Assembly (NCBI GenBank): GCA_964016885.1
Contig: OZ024743.1
Span: 364,870,001-364,934,000 of the forward strand
Direction of reading: 5' to 3'
From: Eledone cirrhosa
Lineage: Eukaryota
DNA: 64,000 nt
How positions within the stretch are numbered: the stretch's first letter is position 1; each line of letters begins with the position of its first letter. Both the position numbers and the translations under genes were made by a program. The notes under the pieces are model-generated. The model saw only the letters and a list, made by a program, of their open reading frames with translations. It searched no databases and was not told the DNA's origin. Shown piece by piece: positions 53,707 to 64,000 of the stretch.

Positions 53707-53823
53707 AACACACACAGACACCCGGATGTGGCGCATGCGCAAACTGAGCACGCAACCCACACACAAACAAAATGGCGTAGGATAGAAGAAAGGGAAGGCA
53801 CAGAAACGAAGAAAGAAATCCCC

Positions 53824-53868
53824 AGTCACTGAAGAGGTCACAGAGTGTGTGACGAAAGAACTATGACT
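53824..53868 (+). ncRNA. Minimal type I hammerhead ribozyme
   Basis: AGTCA-CTGAAGA-G-GTCAC-agagtgt-GTGAC-GAAAG-aa-CTA-TGACT (CUA site). Confidence 0.75.
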
Positions 53869-54129
53869 ATATATATATAAACAACTATCTGGTTGTGGAA
53901 CCAACCAACCAACCAGAAATTTATAAATTTGTAAATTTATAAATATTTAATAAATTAAATTGAAGTGAAAGCAACTGGTGCGTGTGTTTCTTATTGGCAA
54001 CATGACCCTCCCAAAGTATAACAATATCGGTTTCAACACACGATTTCAGATAAAGAATCTTGCTAAACAAATTCAGAAACGAAATATATATAAATATATA
54101 TATATATATAAATATATATATATATAAAT

Positions 54130-54518
<389 letters not shown>

Positions 54519-55323
54519 TAGACATATACGCACAAACAAGTACAAGCATCCACACATAGTTGAATGTGATATTTTTCTCATACGATCCGAATTTAAAATA
54601 TGCTAAAGATGTCTAAACAAACCGAAGACCTGATTTCGTTGTAAGTCATGAATTGAACAAGAAGACAAAACGGCGCACCAAATAAAGCCACGCTACAGAG
54701 TCCACGATAATCAGGTAGCCTCGTCTACTTGCAGTTGATGTTACAAGCTCAAAATTCAGCCATGCTGATACAACAATTATTTTCATATCAAAGTCACAGT
54801 AACCCATCACTGACTGACATATATTCTTTGTAACTGAGATTCTTTATTCTTAATCTGTGATGTCTGCGGGGTTAGATTTGATATGCCTCCCTATTTTTTT
54901 TCTGCTTGCAAATGGGGAATGATAATTGAGTCTTACATTTCCGTATATGTGTATACATACGGGTCTATATGCTGTATATTAAGTATATATGCACGTATGT
55001 ATGTATGTATGTATGTATGTATGTATGTATGTATGTATGTATCTTTGTATGCATGTATGTATGTATGTGTGTATGTATGTATATATGTATGTATGTATGT
55101 ATGTTCTTCTGTTTTTTTAATTTCACAAATGTTTACCAATATAGAGAGAGTCGGTTTCTAACATAGTTACCAGACTCTTTCATTGGAATTTACACAACAT
55201 CAACTAGGTAGATATGTATGCATGTGTAGGTATGGATGTTATTGTATGTGTGGATGTGTATGTTTTGAATTGTATGTGTGCATGTGCATACGCTTTGTAT
55301 CTGTACATGTGTATATGCAGATA

Positions 55324-58300
55324 TTAGATGCTAAATTTTTGGAATGTTTTACATATTTTTACTGTTCCATTAATGAATTGTACTTGTAATTTCCTACCTA
55401 ATTGTGTTCTTTCTCTTCCTGTGAAGCCCTGCTTCTCAAGATTAGTATTGAGGCAGTTACCAACATATCCCAGTGCTCCAATAATCACAGGCATAAACCT
55501 GAAGGTATAATCAGGGTTGAGTATTTGCAGATTTCTCATTAGTTCTGCATAAATATTCTCCTTCTCACTAATCTTTGATATTATATTGGCATCTGCTGGG
55601 AAGCTAATTACCACTACTGTGCATGCTTTCTTCTCCCTGTCCCATATCATAATATCTGGTCTGTTATGCCTGCATTTTATTGGGGTTTTAACTGGAACAT
55701 TCCACCAGTACTCTTTCATATTATGTACATGGATGTCTTCCACATTGTTGTAGCTTTTAATGTATTTATTATCGGGGCTATCATTTTTACGAACTGCATT
55801 GTACAGTGTTTTGGCCACTACATCATGCCTCATAGGTTGATAGTACCGCGATGACATCTTTGGACAGCTGCTGATGACATGGGTGACATCCTCGATGTTA
55901 GTTTTGCAGAGTTTGCACTTGTTATCACATCTAGGTGTTTTGCCTGCATCCCTATCTCTTTTATGAATCAGGTATTTCGTGTTAATCTCCTGTTGTTGGA
56001 TTGCAAAAGCGTATCCTTCAAAGTGGGAACCAATATAGCGGTTGTTGGTCCAAGATAGACTACTTTCTTTATCTATATTACTCTCACTCAGGAGCTTCCT
56101 GTCAACATATCCATGCATGATTTTTTGCTGATAAGCATGCAGTTTTTCATCCATGGATTCACTGCGATACTGCTGAGCGACTTCTCTGGGTGTGAGGTTT
56201 TGATTATCATGCAGGGAATATCTCTCGAGGGCTTCCTTCCAAACTCTCATGATCTTATCTGTTTCATGCAGATAAACTTTCTTGAGAGACGGGCTCCTAC
56301 GCTTCGAGGTTCGTAGATGTTGTCGGAGGGGTATGATGCAACATTCAAATGCAGTCTGGACTGATGTTAGGCCTCTGCCTCCCTGCTTACGTTTCAAGTA
56401 AAGGCGGTCTATGTCACTGTTGATGTGGAAGTTGTCGATGTTGTTTAGTATTTTTCGAGTTCCAACATCAATTGCTCGGATTTCGTCTATCGTCCAATTG
56501 AGTATTCCAAACTTTGGTGTTAGGACAGGCAACGCAAACACATTGTGAGCCACTGTTTTTTTTTGCGCAGAGAGTTCCGATGACCAGATCTTTCTTAATC
56601 GGGTGTAGTATTCCCTGGTAACGCGTTCCTTATTACAGATACCATTATAGGATATGTTCTCATCTATCCCCAGGTATCTGTAGCATTCCTCATCAGATAT
56701 CGGTGAAACAGTTAGGCCATTGATGACAATGTTGCTAGATTGGGTTGTTGTTTTTCCCCGCTTTACAGTCATGTATGAGCATTTATCTTGGCCAAACTTA
56801 ATTCCTATATCCTTTGAGAACGTTGTAACCAGGTCAAGATTTTTCTTCATCCCATCCATGTTCTTGGCATAGAGTTTCAGATCATCCACAAAGAAATTAT
56901 GGGTTAGGTTCGTATTTCTGTCCTCCTGTGAGCCAATGATATATCCTTCACATTTCTTGAGCAGATAGGACAAGGGGTTTAATGACAAGATGAATAATAT
57001 CACAAAGAGACTGTCCCCCTGAAATATACCCCTGCGATATTTTGTTTTATCAGTGAAAATAGAGTCCTCCCTCTCTGTCTTTAACCCTAGGATAGTAGCC
57101 CAAGAAGAAGACAGCTTCTCTATGGCTCTGATAATAATGTCTGGGACTTTAGCACGTTGGAGGGCCTCTATCATCCAAGAGTGGGGAACAGAATCGAAAG
57201 CTTTCTTGTAGTCCAGCCAGACTGTAGTCATATTCCTCCTAAGTTGTCGCACCTCCGACATCATAGTTTTGTTGATTAGGTGTTGTTCAGCACATCCCCA
57301 AACCCTTTTCTTTCCAGCTGCTTGTTCATCTGTGATGATGTTATTATTTTCACAGTGATCTTGGAGGAATAGGTTCAGCTGTATACATCTTATACATCAG
57401 GTTCTGGCATGCAATGGGTCGGTAGTTTTTTGCCAAGTGGGTGTCTTTGTTTTTGGGGACCAGTAACGTTTGTGCTAATGTCAACCATTCTGGTATAAGT
57501 GTATCTCCCTTAAGAACTTGTTGGTAGAGGTCAGTAAGATACCTCCGATAGAATATTAGTTTTTTGTACCAGTAGCCGACAATCATGTCTCTTCCTGGTG
57601 TTTTCTTATCTTGGAGTTTTCCTATCACAGTCTGAAGGGTACCCTCACTTATTTCGTATGTTTTTGTTGTAGTGTAGGAGCAATAGTTCTTTCGGATTTC
57701 TCTTAGCCACACTGCATCTTGGTTGAAATTCTTCTTTTCACCCCATATTTTTCTCCAAAAGGAATCTATGTCTTTCTGGGATGGGGCCTCAGTGACACTT
57801 ATTATTTTGCCCTTCATATTTCTATAGACTGATGTTTGGTTTCGTCTGAATCTTTTATTAAGCATTTTTCTCTCATCTACCTTCTTCAGGTATCGGCGTT
57901 TTTCGCTAACAGCTCTCAATTCTTGTTTGAGAGTGATCAGCTTATATTGGAGAGTTCTGGTTCTACTGTTACCAAACATCGTCTCTATTTTATTTTTCAC
58001 TCTTTGTTGGTGAGGAGTGAGGTTTTTTTTGTGTTTGTTTGCATGTAAGGGGCATTGTCACATGTCCTATGTTTTTTCGTAGGTCAGCACTCTTTTTTTC
58101 TATTTTAGTTATATATGATGGTATTTTTGGTGGTGTTTTGTTCTAGTTAATATCTCTGCTATCACCAAGATAATGCTTCGCTGTCGTTGCTAAGACATAT
58201 AAACAGGCGTTGGTTTGCCAAAATGTTGGGGTTTTTATCCGTCGTAAATATTCATCCACTATTTCGTCAATAACACGTAGTATTTCATTATTTGTTTTTC

Positions 58301-59707
58301 TCTGGCCTGGCAGTGATACCGAGGAGCCTTGCCAGTTCGGGACAAACTCTACAGGCATGGAGGTGCCGTCAGCCGGGCATGTCCGAGATGCGCGCAGGGC
58401 GACGAAACCGTCCTGCACGCACTCGTCCAGTGTCCGAGCATTGCTGACTTGTGGGTTTATGTCGAAATCTGCTGTCACGTGTAGGACGGATCCAGCTATC
58501 AGCTGAGTCCATCGTGAGGATTGCCCCGCCCTCTTCCTTTAGCCGGGAAGGGCAGGCAGTTTTTATCTGTCTGGTGGCCATGGCGAAAGAGATAGTATGG
58601 TGGACACGTTTGAAAGGGTTGAAGACGAGCACTTACCTCGTCGGTGATGCCCTGATTAACTTTTTCAAATTTCATTTGAAAAGGAAAATCAGGGTAGAGA
58701 GGGAAGTGCTCTCTTCCCAGCATTTTGTTGAAAGATGGGTGAGAGAAGCAAGTATGGCCCGAGTGAATGGGCCTACTCTGAGTATGTGTCTGTAAATTAA
58801 AGGTGGAAAACTGGGAGAGGGCACTTGCCCTGGTGGTCAGGGTCACTGTGGTCTTTTAATGGGCTTTCTCCACAAATGTCCCTCGGAAGTCTCCCCCTAT
58901 TGGGGAATCTTTCTTTGTTATTTTATTACATCCTCTGTTTTTTTTACACGCAGAAATGCCCATTTGTACCGTCCTGTATTGTCCTGTACTGTCCTTAATG
59001 TCTACTTTATGTAAACCCTTGTGGTTAATAAAGAAAACATTATTTATACATGAGTTAATTTCTCTCTGGAAGATTTCGTTGAGGGAAATTTTCAATTGTT
59101 TATACTTTTGATTATCATTATCGATAGTATTTTCCACAACAGTCGAGGTAGACTCGGATGGTATACGTGGTGTCAAATTTATTCGATTATTATTATTATT
59201 TCTTCGATTATTATTATTATCGATAGTGTTTTCCCCAGCATTCGAGGTAGACTTAGATGGTACAGGTGGTGTCAAGTTTCTTACAGGCATAGTTGTTTCA
59301 AGGCGCTGTTCGACCTGGCTGCTAGGTAGTCTAGTAGCATGGCGATCTGTAGCACGTGTTGTTGATTCCATGTTTGTTGTGGGGGACTTACAATTAATAA
59401 TATTTATCTTATTTTTACGTTCAACAAACGTCGCTTGTTGGCGTAATTGTTTCGCTGTGAAATAATTTAGCTCTGGGTGTATTTCGTCCCAGTGTAGCTT
59501 CATTCTATTCATAAAGCCAATGGAGGGATTGTTTTTTGCCATTTTATAACAATTAAATAAATCATTATTAAGTTCGCAACTCCAAGAGAAATGCGATTTA
59601 TAATTTCGGTTTCTTCTGTAGCTACAACTGAATAAAGTTTGATTACCTTCTTTGTTATTTGTCTTCGATACTTCCTTAATTTTGTTGTTGATGTTGTGTT
59701 CAGCCAT
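55324..59707 (-). pseudogene. R4-type polyprotein: N-terminal Myb-like region, RT, CCHC, restriction-like endonuclease
   Basis: WSCELNNDL..MKLHWDEIHP..QLRQQA; NYRPIAC; WLDYKKAFDSVPH; IFQGDSL; FVDDLKLY; YRYLGI; CKLC..HVISSC; RHD; NRPDI. There are stops and frameshifts near 58143, 58000 and 57370. Confidence 0.9.
58299..59038 (+). mobile_element. 5'-truncated Tx1 family A copy nested antisense in the R4-type element
   Basis: Highly similar to the reverse complement of 408-1167; ends ggttaataaagaaaa-cattattt. Confidence 0.92.
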
Positions 59708-60647
59708 GCTGTTTGTAGCAAATCCTTGTAGAATGAATTATGTATTTAGTCGGATATCTCTATGAATTCGAATAAAAGGTGTCTTCAGAAGATATAGTTA
59801 GAAGAATAACCAGTTATTCAACATGACTGTAGTTGTGGCATTACTGTCGGAGATAGTATTCATCTTAAATTTAATAAATAGTCTCCCACGCCAAAATATG
59901 CGACTGATCGCGTTGTATGTATGTATGTATGTATGTATGTATGTATGTATGTATGTATGTATGTATGTATGTATGTATGTATGTATGTATGTATGCATGC
60001 ATGCATGTATGTCCGCGTGTGTGCATGTGTACGTGTCTTTCCTGTATTGAAGTGTATTAGTTAAATAAATGTCTCTACATACTCAGTTGTATGGAAATAG
60101 TGGAAAGAAGTCGATGTTACATGACGATTACACACACTTACATACATACATACACGCGCACACACACACACACACAATCGGACGTGCATACATACTTATA
60201 AAAGACACAAAAACGCACGTACACACACACAGACACACACAGACACACACACACACACAATCACACACACACACAACACACACACACACACACAAACACA
60301 CACTACACACACAAACAAACACACACAATAATACAACGAAATGAAAACTGGAGAAATATAATCCACCTCCTTCCGCCATCTTTTCCACCCGGGAAGAACG
60401 TTCCAGCACCTGTGAATATGGACATGGAGGAACGGGAAAATGAGTTGATGGAAAAATAACGAGAGGATAGATCTACTATGTGATAAGGAAGAGGTTTCTG
60501 GTTTGTGATATATCAATTACAACTTTGTGTGTCTTTTCTATCTGCGGTGTAGCAAATAAATATATACATATATATTAGGCCTGAACATAATGGATAGTGT
60601 TAGAATATGGATTGGAGGTTCAATGTATGTAAGAGCACTTGTATAAG

Positions 60648-60711
<64 letters not shown>

Positions 60712-61653
60712 CATTTTGTGGGTGTAGATGTGTGTCTATATATTATATGTATATGTGTTTATTACGTGTGTATGTGTTGTGTAAGTTATCTGTGCCAGTA
60801 CGTGTTGTGTATTATATATTTTATGCATGTTTCTATATTTGTGTTTGTTTATGTATGCGCTACTGCGTAGCCGTATATTTAAGAAGTTCGCCTTAAATCA
60901 CGATGTTCTGGGTTCAAGCCCACTGCCTGGCATCGTGGGCCAGTGTCGTTTATCATATATGCACACACACACACATCACACGACTCTACCCAAGCCTGGT
61001 AAATAAAATTGAGTAGACGGAAAGTATGCAAAAGCTTGCTAGGTCTACAGTATCTGAAATTCAAAGGATTACCCCAGTTACACGCTGTGTCACGTTTTCC
61101 CCTGAGAATTATATTAGGGCTACACGTGACAGTTTATTAATTTCATGAGTAGTTGATCAAACAACTCCGAAGCCGACGAAGTTTAATTTACTAGTAAGAA
61201 GTGGAACAGCAACGCTCATGACCCTTTTGTAAGACTTATGATATTTGCGACTGATAATGAAGAAAGCACCACGACTTATGACTTTCTACAGCATGAAGCA
61301 GAACTCTAAAATATGAAGTTGTCTTCCGATTGGAGATCTGATCTTAATGATCATATCAGAGTGGACTCCCTAAGGACATTCAAGGGTCAGGTGGTGACAG
61401 ATTAAATCTATCGTTAAACCATGTGACAGCTTAAATCTATCATTTAAGAGATGGGCTCTCCGTTGTTTTGAACGATGTGGATTCATTTGTTTTTGATTAC
61501 CTAGACGTCTGACTCCTTAAATTAATGTGTAAATAGCTGGATATTTCATAGACACGTGTATTCTTAACATAATTCCCAAGTCGAAACATATGATATGCAA
61601 AGTCTCTAGACCTTTGAATTTCACCTTACAACCAAGTCGAGGGTCTTCTATAC

Positions 61654-61800
61654 CAGCGGTCGCCAACCTTTCGGACATCACGGACCACTAAATTCATAAT
61701 TTCAAACCCCACGGACGACTAATATGAATTTAAAAAAAAAGATAAATACATTTGTAAAATAATGATCAGAGAACTTCCATTTTATTAAACAATACTGAAG
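61654..61800. mobile_element. Solo end of a hAT/Charlie-like DNA transposon
   Basis: cagcggtcgccaacctt resembles Charlie-type TIRs, with subterminal cacggac repeats. No partner TIR was found. Confidence 0.5.
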
Positions 61801-62961
61801 CGTACGTGTGTCATATTGTCGATAGTGACGATCTGGTTTACATCTATTTTGTTTAGTTTACATCTGTTTTGATTGATATATTATGATAAAAGCACCCAAA
61901 GGTCAAGTGGCGGTGTTAAAATGGGTCACAGATTAATTCTTCCACCCAAGTAGACCGAAAATATCTCATTCGGCACTCAATTTCGCCAATCTATCACCTC
62001 TGACTGGTACTTTATTTTATCAACCCTGAAAGAATTAAAGAGACATTAGCTTCGACAGGATTTGAATACAGACAGCAGATACCGCAAAGCCTTTTGTCTT
62101 ACACTCAGCCAATTTTTCTTCTCATCTTTCTACCAGACGGCAATCCCTGACCGTTAAAACACTTGGAACTTCAAGCCAAGCAACTGGCTGTAATTTAGCT
62201 AAATCTACGCTGTCTATCTTTGGCAAAATATGTACTACACCTCTAATTTTATCTCGTTAGGTATGATGCGTCTCCACATGCTCTACACAATCAAAGTACT
62301 TAACCCCCCATCAAACCTTCCCTTTGATGTAAGGCTCAATGTATTGACCATCTGCTAGTGTGAAAATACACTGATTATAGAAACAGCTAAACGGAGATAC
62401 TTTTGGTAATCTTATTTTTATAATTATGTTTTCAAAATGTTTGGACTAAAACTCTTTCCAGAAGACTATAACAAGAATTATCTGAGAATTTATGGGGAAA
62501 GCAGCAAAACACTGCAAATAAAACTAAAATGATTAGATTGGAGAGAGAGAGAGAGAGAAAGAAAGAGAGAAACGGGGGAAGAGAGAAAGAAAAGAAAAGC
62601 GAGGTGTTAGTAAATCGAAAGGACAGACTATAAACACTGGGACATCATTATGACGTCGGTAGCATAAAGTCTTAACCAGAAATCTCCAACTATACATACA
62701 TACATACATACATACATACATAATACATACATTATACATACATACATACATACATAATACATACCTACATACATACATAATACATACATACATAATACAT
62801 ACATACATAATACATACATACATAATACGTACATACATAGTAACTAGGTACCAGATGGTATCTGGAAAATAGTTATTGCAGCTTGGTTTGTGGTATGTAG
62901 GTGCGTTGATGTGGGTTAATTAGGATGTAAAGGAAGTTTAAGTGGGATTCTATTGTACTTC

Positions 62962-63041
62962 TTGTAGTGTCATATGTATCATTGTAGTGTCATATGTATC
63001 ATTGTAGTGTCACATGTATCATTGTAGTGTCACATGTATCA
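62962..63041. repeat. 20-bp minisatellite x4
   Basis: ttgtagtgtca(t/c)atgtatca repeated four times. Confidence 0.9.
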
Positions 63042-63787
63042 GAATGTGATGTATGCAATTGAAGATCCACTAATCTAAAGGCGGAGGTTGATGGTGTGTT
63101 AAGTTGTAGCTGAGATATATAGCATGGTAGAACTGGTAAGCTTTCTGGCGGCATGCATGTACTATATGTTGATAATGTTTATGATTTGGCAATTGCTCAT
63201 TTTTAGTTGATTAAAAATAAAATGACTTAGTCAGGGGAGGAAGGGTAGGGCACATGGCATTTTTCAAGGTTGCTGAGATTGGTGGAAGGTAGTTATCTTC
63301 AGACCAAAGACCTGGTTCACATGCTTACAACAGAGTGTACTCCGTTAAATGCACTCATGAATCAAGTGGTAGTGTTAAATCTCGGATGTTTATTTAGTTA
63401 CCGACTATCAAATTTCTCCCCCATTTGAACCACATCCAAAATCACGTAGATGTGAAATAAAATTCTTAACCACACAGCTTTTGTATTTGTAGTGTTTTGT
63501 CATTATCAATTAGTGTTTGGATGTCGTATATATACACTCAGTGTAGCGATCTATGTATGTTATAACACATTCATCGTAGTTTGGCTTATCTTGCCTTATC
63601 GCGGTGAACAGGGGTCTAGTGTTCGAGCTGTGGTTTTATTTCATGTATAATTTCTATGTTAATGTCATGTGGAGAGGTGGTGAAGGTTTTCATTTTTACC
63701 AAAGTGCTTTGTAAGTCATTTGGGTAGTATTGTAAAATGTTTAGTTTTTTTTGCTGTTTATCTAAGGTCTTCTATAATTGAACTGAC

Positions 63788-63875
63788 CTATGATCAAAGA
63801 GGTTAAAGACGTGAGCTTCCCGTGTTTTCAGACACAGTGTATCAAGAATTATATTATCTAACATGTCTTTCCCCA
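63788..63875 (-). CDS. Candidate 88-bp internal exon of an unidentified host gene
   Basis: Acceptor tttttttatctttAG, donor AG/GTCAGT, open frame (V)GKDMLDNIILDTLCLKTREAHVFNLFDH(R). Non-repetitive composition. Confidence 0.45.
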
Positions 63876-64000
63876 CTAAAGATAAAAAAATATATATATA
63901 TTTGAAACTGAAACTACTGTTTAAGTATTTTAGTAATAAATACATATAATTTATGTATTTGGTTATTGGTATGTACATGTAGTATACGTAATTAATTAAT

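Larger units (their letters stand above)
52824..54085. mobile_element. Penelope-like head-to-head insertion: GIY-YIG fragment between ~320-bp inverted repeats
   Basis: 52824-53144 is the reverse complement of 53707-54027; flanked by (TA)n. Confidence 0.9.
55104..59914 (-). mobile_element. Full-length decayed R4/Dong-type RLE retrotransposon embedded in (TACA)n
   Basis: Single disrupted ORF 59707->55324; both termini abut (CATA)n. Interrupted by a Tx1 insertion. Confidence 0.9.

Noticed and set aside
58283-59046. Target-site duplication cattattt around the nested Tx1
   Set aside because: The left copy is separated from the element by 6 nt, so it is not a clean TSD; it may be chance or a small deletion.
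59720-59914. HDV-like ribozyme at the R4-type 5' end
   Set aside because: I could not fit the nested double-pseudoknot by eye; this needs a motif search.
60340-60510. Possible exon in a GC-richer patch
   Set aside because: Several frames are open, splice signals are ambiguous and no peptide is recognisable.

Overview
AT-rich, microsatellite-saturated eukaryotic DNA, probably cephalopod (Octopus-like; inferred from the SINE family and repeat landscape). It has one 200-N scaffold gap (49296-49495) and no confidently identifiable host gene; only one candidate exon, at 63788-63875. Most of the identifiable non-microsatellite sequence is retroelement-derived. It comprises Tx1/L1-clade LINEs (one near-intact ORF2), R4/Dong-type RLE LINEs, RTE and CR1 fragments, ~600-bp RTE-derived non-autonomous elements, tRNA-derived SINEs and several Penelope-like (GIY-YIG) elements. 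The main find is a dense set of type I hammerhead ribozyme (HHR) motifs folded by eye: 16 with a canonical CUGANGA/GAAA core, plus variant or degenerate ones, from about eight sequence families. Six lie in a non-coding 466-bp tandem array that flips orientation at 15405 (retrozyme-like). Most of the rest lie in head-to-head fold-back insertions within (TA)n tracts, all with the same polarity. A second theme is apparent partitioning of microsatellite targets: Tx1-A at (ATT)n, other Tx1 families at (TATC)n, an R4-like family and an RTE-derived element at (TACA)n, and Penelope-like elements at (TA)n. Coordinates were read by hand and may be off by a few bases. No searches or folding programs were run.
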